Positions 36,925-48,007 of a stretch of DNA of 64,000 bases are shown here, in pieces. The stretch comes from Heterodontus francisci. Lineage: Eukaryota. Position 1 is the stretch's first letter. Each line of letters starts with the position of its first letter. Made by a program: the position numbers and the translations under genes. The DNA is taken from positions 11,498,550-11,562,549 of the forward strand of contig NC_090404.1 in NCBI RefSeq assembly GCF_036365525.1, in the 5' to 3' direction. The notes below the pieces were generated by a model. The model made no database searches. It was not told where the DNA came from and worked only from the letters and a program-made list of their open reading frames with translations.

Positions 36925-37365
36925 TTAAGAAATTACAGCTATTGGGAAAGGTTGAACAGGGTGGGGCTTTTCTTTGGAAAAGGGAAGTCTTAGAGGTGAT
37001 GTGATAGACGTCTTTAAAACTCTGAATGATATGGACAGGGTAGATGTGGAGAGAATGTTTCCACTTGTGGGAGAATCCAAACTTAGGAGCAACAAATACA
37101 ACTCAGTTATAAATCCAACAGGAGAGATTTCTTCACTCCGAGAATGGGTGGAATGTAGAACTCAGTATCACAGGAAGTGGTTGAAGAAATGTATTAGATG
37201 CTTTCAGAAGAAAACTAGACTAGAATATGAGAGCAAAGGCAATAGAAAGATGTGCTGAAAGGCTGAGAGGAGATAGATGGAATGAGAGAAGACACACGTG
37301 GGGTCGAAACACCGACCAAGACTAGTTCGGCTGAATGGCCTATTTGTGCTTTGTATATTCTAAGT
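36925..37365 (+). mobile_element. Degenerate CR1 3' end inserted just upstream of the ZNF C acceptor
   Basis: SYWERLNRVGLF, LRGDVIDVFK, MFPLVGES; splits the 'ttttgtaaa...ttccttttacag' acceptor motif. Confidence 0.7.
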
Positions 37366-37748
37366 AATGCTGTGTGAATTCCTTTTACAGGGGATTGGAA
37401 GGGGAGGATTTGCAGATGGGAAGATGAAACCAAACATCAGATGAAGATCTGACAGTCACTCAATCCATCAGGACCTGAATATCATCAGCCTTTGAACGTG
37501 GAAGGAGAAATGTTTGTTCTGTTTATGGGGAAAGATTTCAAACATCAGTGTGACTGGAAAAGCACCAAGACACACACACCCGAGTGAGAGTGTTCCAGTG
37601 CACTGACTGTGGAACGAGCTTTAACCAGTTACTCAGCATGAAAAAACATCGCACCACTCACAGTGGGGAGAAACTGGACACGTGTTCTGTGTATGGACGA
37701 GGCTTCAACTGATCATCCAAACTGGAGAGACACAAGGATCCCCGCACC

Positions 37749-38843
37749 ATGGAGAAACCGTGGAAATGTGGAGATTGTGGGAAGGGATTCAGTTACCCAT
37801 CTGAACTGGAAATTCATCGACGCAGTCACACTGGGGAGAGGCCGTTTACCTGCTCTGTGTGTGGGAAGGGATTCACTCTGTCATCCGGTCTCTATACACA
37901 TCAGCGAATTCACACTGGAGAGAGGCCGTTCACTTGCCTTAAATGTGGGAAGGGATTTAATGTTTTATCAACCCTCCGAACGCACCAGCGGGTTCACTCT
38001 GAAAAGAGACCATTTAAATGTTCTGACTGTGAGAAAAGCTTTAAAAGCTCAAAGAATTTACTGACACACGAACGTACTCACACTGGGGAGAGGCCGTTCA
38101 CTTGCTCTGTGTGTGGGAAGGGATTCACACAGTCAGCCCACCTCCTGACCCACCGACTTGTTCACACTGATAACAGACCTTTTAAATGTTTTGACTGTGA
38201 GAAGACCTTTAAAAGTAAAAAGGATTTACTGAACCACCAACGAAGTCACACTGGGGAGAGGCCATTCACCTGCTCCGTGTGTGGAAAGGGATTCATTCAT
38301 TCATCCAGTTTCTATACACATCAACGAGTTCATACTGGAGAGAGGCCATTCATCTGCCTTGAGTGTGGGAAGGGATTTTATGCTTTACCACACCTCCGGA
38401 CACACCAGCGGGTTCACTCTGATAAGAGACCGTTTAAATGTTCTGACTGTGAGAAGAGATTTAAATGCAAAAACAATCTACTGAAACACCAACGCACTCA
38501 CACTGGGGAGAGGCCATTCACTTGCTCAGTGTGTGGGAAGGGATTCACTCAGTCATCCCACCTGCAGACGCACCAACTTGTTCACACTGATAAGAGACCT
38601 TTGAAATGTTCTGACTGTGAGAAGAGATTTAAATGTAAAAGCGATCTGATAAAACACCAACGTACTCATACTGGGGAGAGACAGTTCAGCTGCACTGAAT
38701 GTGGGCAGAAATTCACTGCTTCAACCTACCTTCTGAAACACCAGAGAGTTCACACGGGGGAGAGACCGTTCACCTGCTCTGTGTGTGGAAAGAGATTCAC
38801 TCAGTCAGGCAATCTGCTGAAACATCAGCGAGTTCACAAGTGA
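37749..38843 (+). CDS. C2H2 ZNF protein C, 364 aa, 13 fingers, ATG start, no effector domain visible
   Basis: Intact [17 protein letters not shown]... with TGERPF linkers; strong Kozak accATGg. Confidence 0.9.
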   Translation: MEKPWKCGDCGKGFSYPSELEIHRRSHTGERPFTCSVCGKGFTLSSGLYTHQRIHTGERPFTCLKCGKGFNVLSTLRTHQRVHSEKRPFKCSDCEKSFKSSKNLLTHERTHTGERPFTCSVCGKGFTQSAHLLTHRLVHTDNRPFKCFDCEKTFKSKKDLLNHQRSHTGERPFTCSVCGKGFIHSSSFYTHQRVHTGERPFICLECGKGFYALPHLRTHQRVHSDKRPFKCSDCEKRFKCKNNLLKHQRTHTGERPFTCSVCGKGFTQSSHLQTHQLVHTDKRPLKCSDCEKRFKCKSDLIKHQRTHTGERQFSCTECGQKFTASTYLLKHQRVHTGERPFTCSVCGKRFTQSGNLLKHQRVHK

Positions 38844-38889
38844 CTGCAGGGATTGGATTCTGCTGTTAATCACATCCAGAACTGAATCT

Positions 38890-40015
38890 TGACTGGAAAC
38901 CTGTTTCCAATTGGGTTTCCACAGGCTTCAGCAGTCGGCCGCTTGCTTTTCGTGGTATATATCAATGATTTAGACTTAAATGTAGGGCCATAAATAATTT
39001 CGCAAATGATACAAAAATTGGTCGTGTTGTTTCTATTAAAGGAGAAAGCTGTAAACTGCAGGAAGCTATCAATGCACTGGTCAGGTGGGCAGAAAGTGGC
39101 AAATGGAATTCAACCTGGAGAAGTGTGAGGTAATGCATTTGGGGAGGGCAAACAAGGCAAGGGAATGCACATTGACTGATAGGATCCTGAAAAGTGTAGA
39201 GGAACAGAGGGACCTTGGAGTGCATGTCCACAGATTCCTGAAGGTAGCAGGACAGGTAGATAAGGTGGTCAAGAAGGCATATGGGATACTTCGCTTTATT
39301 AGCTGAGGCATAGAATATAAGAGCGGGGAGTATTTCCAGCATTTTCTGCTGATGAAAGGTCACAGACCTGAAACATTAACTTTGTTTCTATCTCAATAGA
39401 TGCTGCCAGACCTGCTGAGTACTTCCAGAATTTTCCGTTTTTATTACAAGAGCAGGGAGGTTATGCTAGACCTGAATAAAAGCACAGCCAGAGGACTTTG
39501 TACAGTTCTGGTCACTGCATTAAAGGAAAGATGTGATTGCATTAGAGAGGGTACAGAGGAGATGTTGGCAGGAGTGGAAAATTTTAGCCAGGAAGGAGAG
39601 ATTTGATAGGCTGGGGTTGTTTTCTTTGCAAGAGGAGGCTGAGGGGAGATTTAATGAAAGTGTTAAAAATGATGAGGGGCCTAGACAGTGTGGATAGGAA
39701 GGACCTATTTCCCATAGCAGAGAGGTCAATAATCAGGTGACATAGATTTAAAGTAATTGGCAGAAGGATTAGTGGGGAGTGGAGAAATCATTTCACCCAG
39801 CGTGGTGGGGGTCTGGAATTCACTGTCTGAAAGGGTTGTACAGACAGAAACTCTCAATGCATGTAAAAAAAAGACTTGAATCTGTACTTGGAGTGCTGTA
39901 ACCTACAGTGCTACAGACCAAGAGCTGGAAAATGGGATTAGGCTGGATGGACCTTTTTGGCCGGCACAGAAATAATGGACCAAATGGCCTCCTACTGTGC
40001 CCTAGGTTTTCTATG
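38890..40015 (+). mobile_element. CR1 3' part inserted in the ZNF C 3' UTR, with nested Penelope-terminus element (39331-39443)
   Basis: KWQMEFNLEKCEVMHLG; the ZNF 3' UTR motif resumes at ~40025; the nested element contains 'ctgatgaaaggtcacagacctgaaac'. Confidence 0.8.
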
Positions 40016-40739
40016 TTTCTGTTTTAATAGTTGGAACTTGTTTCTGCTGATATTAATAACCCCTCTTCCTGGGCTGGATATTCTGAATAGATTTGAAATA
40101 AATCAGCTTTGGTTTAAACACATTGTTGTAGATTTTTGTCTTTCCTACTTGAGTGTTTAGCATCACCTGGCTGGAGCTCAGAAAGGACAATCTGGGGGGA
40201 GGATTGTATGACAGGAACAGAACTTCAGCCTGGACACAGTCCTTCAGGATCACACTGATTGGAACAAACAGCACTTTGGTCTTTCTCGTCTCTCTTCACT
40301 GACAGCATAGTCACCGTGTGGGTTAATCCTGAGATGTGTAAGAAATGTATCCCGGCCCCTCCCTTCCATGGTTCAGAGCTCCTGGGCGTGGAACAGAAGG
40401 CTCCTTTACAACTGTGTTTCGAGTCAGGAAGAACAACAGTGAAGGCTAGAAACATGCTGTCAAATCAGAGATTGGTGTAAAGCTGTGATCTGTTCCTGAC
40501 TGAAAGTGAAACAGCAGGTTTAAGTTTCCAGTCTGAAAATCTCTATTGTAATTGCTTTGTGGAGATTTAAGATGTTTGTGTGACAGTCCTGAGTCCACCA
40601 TTTTAGCACAGGTGTTACTTCATCTCAAATAAACCTTTTGAAACTAAATAGAATAAAATCTGCATTAAAGTAGCAGATGGAGGAGTTTACAGGAGCCTGT
40701 TAACTTTTGATACAATTATTGAACATTTGACCTCCAGAT

Positions 40740-42035
40740 AATGAAGAACCTGCAGTGTGTTTCCAGGAATTCTCTGTTTATTTGATGTGCGTGTTAGACA
40801 CCAGGATAACTAAAAATGCACAGAACATCCTCAGGCGTGTGATCCTGGCAGTTACCCTGGGATCACTCCCGCTGTGGAACTCCACCACTGACCCTGCTGA
40901 AGGTTGTAGGCTGAGGGAGTGGGGTCTCCAGGAGTGGACTGTATGAAAGTTGGATTTTAGTCTCCTGACAAATATGGTGAAGAACCAGAGGAATCCTTAC
41001 TAAGGAACTGTCTGGGGTTTTATGTGTCAGTATAGGTCTCAGGGGAATGATGCCTGAATCCTTGAACTGTCTTACATTGAACCCAGTTTAGATCAAGATG
41101 GGAAATGTTTACAGGAGTAAAAACAAGAAATGCTGGATTCACTCAGCAGGTCTGGCAGCATCTGTGGAAAAAGAAGCAGAGTTAACGTTTCGGGTCAGTG
41201 ACCCTGCTGAGTGGTTCCAACATTTCTTGTTTTTATTTCAGATTTCCAGCATCCGCAGTATTTTGCTTTTATTTTAATGTTTACAGGAGAACAGGGAGAA
41301 ATTTCACCTACAATCGAGGGAGACAAAAGCAGCCATGAGAGAAGCTAAAAGATCTTTGGAAAAGATGGTGGTGCACAATTGTGGTTATAATAAAAGCTTT
41401 TCCAGCTACGTCAGGAATGAGAAGATGGTTTCGAGCCACTGAGAGACAGTTCAGGACAGATTGAAACAGATTGCCAGGCTATGACAGAGCTGTTAAATGA
41501 CTATTTCACATCAGTCTGCACTCCTGTGGATGATGCTCAGATTCCAGCTGTGGGATGTGCTGTCGACAGTAACATCATAAATATTAAAATAGAAAGGGAT
41601 TGTCATCCTGGATAAAATAGGAAATCTCAAACTAGCTGGTGCTCCAGGTCCAGATGATATCCACTCAGTGGTGTTTAAATATTTGGGACAGGTGCTCTGT
41701 GAGCCCCTTGCCCTTATCTTCAGCTCAATAGAGTCAGGGATTGTTCCCTGAGATTGGAAGGTAGTTCACTTAGTTCCCATTTTCCAAATCGGGGACAAAT
41801 CAGAGCCAGGGAACTACAGGCCCATCAGTGTGAGCTCGATCACAAGGAAGATGCTTGAAGGGATCCGAAGAGATGCTGTTTCTGATCACTGGGGGAGAGA
41901 AGGAGCCATTAGAGATACTCAACGTGGCTTCCGGAAAAGAAGATTCTGTCTTACAAACTTGTTTGTGTTTTGTGAAGAAGTTGCTGTGTTGGTGGATGAG
42001 GGGAATCTGGTTGACATTGTCTATCTCGGGGTGTA
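40740..42035 (+). mobile_element. Old degenerate CR1-group ORF2 fragments
   Basis: APGPDDIH, DWKV...VPIF..GDKSEPGNYRPIS, QRGFRKRRFCLTNL. Confidence 0.6.
41118..41275. mobile_element. Fold-back Penelope-terminus mini-element
   Basis: 14-bp TSD AATGTTTACAGGAG; left arm nearly identical to ~2157-2242; inverted right arm. Confidence 0.85.
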
Positions 42036-43704
42036 ATCCAACAACAACTTGTATTTACATAGGTTGTGGGTCTGGAGGAGGTTACAGAAATACTGAGGAT
42101 CTGGTTGACATTGTCTATCTCAGTCGTGTTAAACTCATTTTCCATGGTGGGTCTGATCCGATATCCTGGCACTGGGTGAGGGCCACATTCAGCAGAAGTT
42201 ATTAAAGTAGAACTAGATGCAGATAAACTATATCGGTACTTACTGACATTTAGATTTTATTCACTGCTCCTGATACCTGGCACCTGTTAGCTTGAACCAT
42301 CACATCAACACTTGAGGCCTGTCTTGGAAAAAAGCACAAGGACCACTCGTCATCACAGAATACTACAACAACCTAATCCCACTTGCCGGTTTTCGGTTCG
42401 TAATTCTGTCAGTTACAGCAGCTCAAGTAAATATCCAAGTCATTTTGAAATGCAATGAGAGTTTCTGCCACTCCCACCCTTTCAGGCAGTGAGTTTCAGA
42501 TTCCCACCATCCTCTGGGTGAAAAATTCCTCAACTCCCCTTTCATCTTCCACCAATTATTTGAAATCTCTGCCCCGTTTGTTTTAGCATAACCGCTCTCT
42601 CATCTTCCATTGACTTCAACGTAATGGAAAATTACAGTTGGAACCTTTCAGCATTTGAAAGATATTTACAAATGATTCAAGGGTTTCTTACATTTGGGAT
42701 TTTTCTCTATTCTGTCCACTCGAGGTTTTAGATAACAGACTTTCCTCTGTGAATATCGAGCTGGAGTATTGGGTCATGTGTTTTCTTGTTGGCTCGAAAT
42801 ATTGGATCTTGTGGTTTCAGACACCAGATAATCAAGCTCACAACAACAGATTGTCTTTTACTGACTTTATTAACAGCGCTGCACTAATACAGACAGAGTA
42901 TAGTTACCCAATCCGGAGTACAGTGGATTCAAAGCTCTCTTTCCCCCCAGGTCTGATATAACAAGCTGCAGCTGCACTGTCAATATTTATATTTAACTTG
43001 TTCACTACATTTATGATCTGGTCCTCCTCAAACCATAACCACAAGGATATCTGTTCATTGCTCTGACTGTGAGCACAAGGCTGTGTCACTATCACACACA
43101 AATACTGTTTCCTTGTTTCACATCTCTGGACAGTGACCATTTCTTTACACATCCCTTTTCTACACAATTGCAGCAGACATGAGCAAGGATGTGAGGCTCA
43201 TTAATCTACACCCACATTTCAGAACAGCAAAGGTTACACTGAGACAAAGGTTCAGTCATTTTCCATTACAGGTAAAATACAGAGCAGTACAGCAGCACAC
43301 TGGCAGCTTAACAGTCTCATCAGCCTAAAGTCCAGCCCTGTGCCTGCGCACTGGGTTCCAACAGTAAATACACTGTCTCTGTTCATCACCTATTGCAAAC
43401 TCCAGCTACGAACTTGAGTAAATAACAGTGTAGTGAGAAAGAAATGCAGTGGATGTTATGTAGATGGATTGTCAATAGGTGTTTGATAAGGTGTTGGACT
43501 TGCTGATAAAATTAAGGCTCAGGGTATTATTGGGCAAATTCATTTCAGATGGAGTTTGCAATAGGTGATGGACAGAGAGAGTGCACTTACTGCTGGAGCC
43601 TGTGGACTGAACCTGCAAGGTAAGGCTGTCTCAGATAAAACAAGAGACTGGAGAGAAAAAGCAACCTCAGTACCCTTATCTAAAGGAAGATTCTGTAAAC
43701 AGAC

Positions 43705-44085
43705 TTTTAGAACATAGAACAGTACAGGCCCTTCGGCCCACTATGTTGTGCCGAACCTTTAACCTACTCTAAGGTCAAACTACCTACATACCCTTCAAAC
43801 TACTATCATCCATGTATCTAGCCAAGAGTCGCTTAAACGTCCCTAATGTATTTGCTTCTACTACCACCACTGGCAGTGCATTCCACGCACCCACCACTCT
43901 CTGTGTGAAGAACCTACTTCTGACATCTCCCCTAAACCTTCTTCCAATCACCTTAAAATTATGCCCCCTGGTGATAGCCCTTTCCACCCTGGGAAAAAGT
44001 CTCTGGCTATCCACTCTATCTATGCCTCTCATCATCTTGTACCCCTCTATCAAGTCACCTCTCATCCTTCTTTGCTCCAATGAGC
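43705..44085 (-). mobile_element. CR1 3' end
   Basis: EQRRMRGDLIE...FFTQRVVGAWNALP; (TTCTATG)-type tail. Confidence 0.85.
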
Positions 44086-44243
44086 ATGTGACATGTACAC
44101 AAGAACCATTATACAGTGAATTGTGATTGAATGAATCACATTCTGTTCAATTTTTCTCCTGTATTCTTGTCATCTGATTTATGTCATCAAATGTATGGAG
44201 ATTTTAATCATTAAGAGAAATGGTGCAGTTTTACTCGGGATGA

Positions 44244-45459
44244 GATTTAGATGAATTGACAAAGACAATGAGGGAACATGATGAAACAATGCACAAACAA
44301 TTGAAGGGCTGGCTTAAAGGAATAACTCGGCAGATAGGGGATGTCACCATTAGAAAAAGGTGAGTCCCTGGTTTCGATAAATGAACTGGCAGAAGGGTTA
44401 GGACAGTTTAGGGATAAGGTTACATTCAGAATAACAATGATCAATGATCTCAAAGACAATCTTGTGTAGCATGGTTGGAGGGGTACAAAGGGATTAAATG
44501 ATATATGTTTTCTATATCAAAATCAAATTAAAACCTGGAACTCAGATGGGGATATGGATTGCTGTTAGGTGGGAAGATTTGGATCAGAGTATTACTCCAG
44601 GAAGCCATGCAATCAGAGTGACATTATTTCTGAACTGATTCCTGTGATAGCAGCAATCCCATTGCTATCTGTTGGTGTAAGACTGATGGAAGTATTTGAA
44701 GTGGAGACTACAGGCATGTTGCAGGATGATATACACAAGGAATCTGTGAACTATCTGAGGAGATTAGTGAAGGGAAATGAAGGGATCTGGAAAGCACCAG
44801 ACACTTCATGTTGTTCTGGGAGAAGTGGGGGCTGGTTGTGCCGGTGTCAGGTTTTACACAGCACACGGTCATCCTGTGGTTTCACCCTGGATGAAGAATC
44901 TCTGAATTGTACCATTCAAATCACTTGTTGGGATTCTCACGGGACCAACTTTGTCTGCTCGGAGAGAGGAAGGTTTGTGTTGCAGCTGATAAGCAGCACA
45001 AACACACACGGGGACATTTCCTGTCCCATCAGGTGGGCAACACTTTGCCTCACACCAACCAAGCTGACTAAAATTGGGACAAGGTATCGGTGCCTGTAAG
45101 GGCCACAAGGTTAGAGAAATTCAAATAAACATTACCCTCCAGGGACTGTGAGCAGTTTTGACCATCCAATTCCACCTCTTTCTCTGAACCTTAAATCTAT
45201 ATTGAACAACGTCTGGGACAGAGGCAACAACAAAAACAATAACATTGAGTAGTTTATCACCCTGGGTGATCAGCCCCGGTGGGAGATAGTATACAATATA
45301 GGACAACATCCCAGGTTAATTACAGCCACAGTTTTCCTCTTGGTATTACAGATGATGCTAATTACCCTTATGTTGAAAGTCTGTTTGATGAAGAGAGCTC
45401 AGAGACAGGTTACAAGGAGAAAGAATAGAATGGAAATGTTTGCACTGACCAAGAGATAA
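44244..45459 (+). pseudogene. Decayed viral envelope/fusion glycoprotein-like gene
   Basis: Heptad-like segments, Cys-rich 176-codon open frame (PDTSCC, WLCRC, SSCG, NCT), TM helix LITATVFLLVLQMMLITLMLKVCLM and basic tail; followed by PPT and LTR. Confidence 0.65.
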
Positions 45460-45508
45460 ACTTTGAGGCTACAAATTGAAGAATCTTTTTGAGCCTCGAG
45501 GTGGGGAA

Positions 45509-46224
45509 TGTTTTCAGGGGAAAACCCGAATAATTCTAATAACTTTATTAAACATTTCTCAATAATAAAGACACACACATTAAAACTAAGAATCTGTAAT
45601 AGAAGCAGCTACCAAAAGGTCATTTTGAGGATAAGATTAGAACTTGTGAACAGACGTTAATAGATTAATGATCTGAAAGGACAGACACGGTGTGTCTTAG
45701 GGACAAAGCCAGATGTTCAGAAAATGAAATGAATATAAATACATTATTAAGCTATCAGAAAGAGATGAGATATTCAGGTACAAACTAAGAAAAGCAATGA
45801 TAGTATTGCAATGATTCACTAAAGAGGATTACATCATTTACAAGATGACTTAATGGGTTAACATGTTTCGTTTTAAAAAAAACCGTGTTGACAATGTTAT
45901 CATGTTAGAGAGGCATTAGTAAAACTAAAACAGTTCAATATACAAAAGCTCGGGGCTCTTGACCTGGTCTAGCTTTGTCCAGACTAACCAGATTAGAACG
46001 ATGCACTCACAGCTCTTTCTGATGAGTCCTCCTGTGAGTATCCAGTAATCTCATGGTCTCAGTATGGAGTGGGTTGTTTTAACAGAAATAAAAACATTAA
46101 GTTAACGTCTTCTTGTTTCCTAGTTTCTGATTTTGTTTAAAGTGGGGTCTGGATACAGATAATCCTATAAAATCGCAGCGTATATTTAGCCTGTGAGGGG
46201 GAAAAGCACGAACACCCTCTAACA
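45509..46224 (+). mobile_element. 3' LTR preceded by a polypurine tract
   Basis: GAGGTGGGGAA|TG at 45498-45510, AATAAA ~46087, ends ...CTAACA. Confidence 0.65.
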
Positions 46225-46386
46225 ATCTGAAACAAATCCCAGGATCTCTGAAAAGTACTGCATTGATTATCAGCGAGTTTGTTTCCACACAGGAAGCAGG
46301 TGAATGGCTTCTCTCCACTTTGTATTTAAAGTCTTTGCAGATGTGATGACTGATCGAATCCATTGCCAGACACATTCACACACCCT

Positions 46387-47148
46387 CTATGCAGTGTGAA
46401 CTCGCTGGTGTGTCAGAAGTTTGAATGCCCAAGTGAATCCCTTCCCACACACGGAGCAGGTGAACTGTCTCGGCCCAGTGTGAACTCGCTGGTGTGCACT
46501 GAGGTTGTGTGATCGCCTGAATCTCTTCCCACAGTGACAGCAACTGAACGGTCTCTCATCAGAGTGAACTCGCTGGTGCCGAATCAATTCTGTGGAGCTT
46601 TTAAAACCCTTCCGACAGTCAGAGCATTGATAAGGTCGCTCCTCAGTGTGAACCCGTACATGCGCCAGCAGGTTAGATAAAGCAGCGAATTGCTTCCCAC
46701 ACTCAGTACAGGTGAATGGTCTCTCCCCAGTGTGAACTCGCTGGTGTGTCTGCAGGCTCGATAAATTTGTAAATCCTTTCCCACATATGGGGCAGGAGAG
46801 CGGCCTCTCCCTAGTGTGAACTCGTTGGTGTGTCTGAAGGTTGGATGAATTGATAAATCCCTTCCCACATTCGGAGCAGATGAACGGCCTCTCCCCGGTG
46901 TGAACATGCTGGTGATTCAGCAGGTCAGTTGATTCTGTAAATCCTTTCCCACAAACAGAGCAAGTGAATGGCTTCTTCCTGGTGTGTGCGCGCTGGTGTA
47001 ACAGCAGACTGGATGACTGAGTGAATCCCTTCCCGCATACGGAGCAGGTGAACGGCCTCTCCCCAGTGTGACTGCGCCGATGAATTTCCAGCTGGGATGG
47101 GTAATTGAATCCCTTCCCACAGTCCTGACATTTCCACGGTTTCTCCGT
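46387..47148 (-). CDS. C2H2 ZNF array D, 9 fingers, open frame starting at ACG, no in-frame ATG (mostly missed by the ORF track)
   Basis: Manual translation [27 protein letters not shown]... HQRVHTA-stop, 253 codons without a stop. Confidence 0.8.
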   Translation of the reverse strand, partial: TEKPWKCQDCGKGFNYPSQLEIHRRSHTGERPFTCSVCGKGFTQSSSLLLHQRAHTRKKPFTCSVCGKGFTESTDLLNHQHVHTGERPFICSECGKGFINSSNLQTHQRVHTRERPLSCPICGKGFTNLSSLQTHQRVHTGERPFTCTECGKQFAALSNLLAHVRVHTEERPYQCSDCRKGFKSSTELIRHQRVHSDERPFSCCHCGKRFRRSHNLSAHQRVHTGPRQFTCSVCGKGFTWAFKLLTHQRVHTA

Positions 47149-47509
47149 GCTGCGGGTGTCCTTGTGTCTCTCCAGGTTGGATGATCAGTTGAAGCCTCAT
47201 CCAAACACAGCACACGTGTATAGCTTCTCCCTGATGTGCACAGGGCGATGTTTTTTCAGGCTGTGTAACTGGTTAAAGCTCTTTCCACAGTCAGTGCACT
47301 GGAACACTCTCTCTCGGGTGTGTGTGTCTCAGTGCTTTTCCAGTCACACTGATGTTTGAAATCTTTTCCCACAGGCAGAACAAACAAACATTTTGCCTTC
47401 TACATTACAGGATGTTGTTGTTCAGGTCCTGATGAATCGAGTGACTGCTAGATCTTGATATGATGTTGGATTTGAGTTTGTTGTCTATAAATTCTTATCT
47501 TCTAATACC

Positions 47510-47700
47510 CTGTAAAAAGGAGTTTATAAAAGTCATCACTGTCAATACAGAATAGAAATTCAGAACAGACAATTCGAGTTTCGATGGAACATTTTTAACT
47601 CTCTTGTTCCCCCAAAGCTGTAAATCCCCGTCCAACACACTCTTCCCTCCTCCCTGTGCTGAAACCCAAACCCATTGCACCATTTCTTTCCTCCACTCCC
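47510..47700 (-). promoter_or_regulatory. Partial module Z intron and acceptor of ZNF D
   Basis: 'ctcctttttacAG|ggtattagaag'; homologous to 25720-25900. Confidence 0.6.
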
Positions 47701-48007
47701 AGAAGTGATTTATGAGAATGGTGCATGGATTCGTGACTTTATTTATGTGGAGAGACTGGAGAAGCTGGGGTTGTTCTCCTTACAGCAGAGAAGGTAAAGA
47801 GTAAATTTGATAGGGGTGTACAAATCATGAACAGTTTTGATCATTTTTCCTTATTTACTGTATTTTCAGTGGCAGAGTGTTGGGTTCGTCAGGGATGACC
47901 AAACTTTAGAATTCCAGGCTGGCCTTCTCTGATCAGCCGAACATTTTCAAGGCATCAGTCACTCTGAATTATACACTCTACTTATTCTCTCTGCTATTTA
48001 AGAAAGA

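Noticed and set aside
37710-37712. Conserved in-frame TGA read as selenocysteine or programmed readthrough
   Set aside because: It falls at a recognition-helix position where the 58.5-kb paralog has CGA (Arg). The upstream leader has independent frameshifts in every copy, and I could not identify a SECIS.
44869-45108. Minus-strand ORF, or an LPxxWxxxC gamma-Env-like motif on the minus strand
   Set aside because: Short and broken by stops; the plus strand gives a coherent heptad-Cys-TM-PPT-LTR order.
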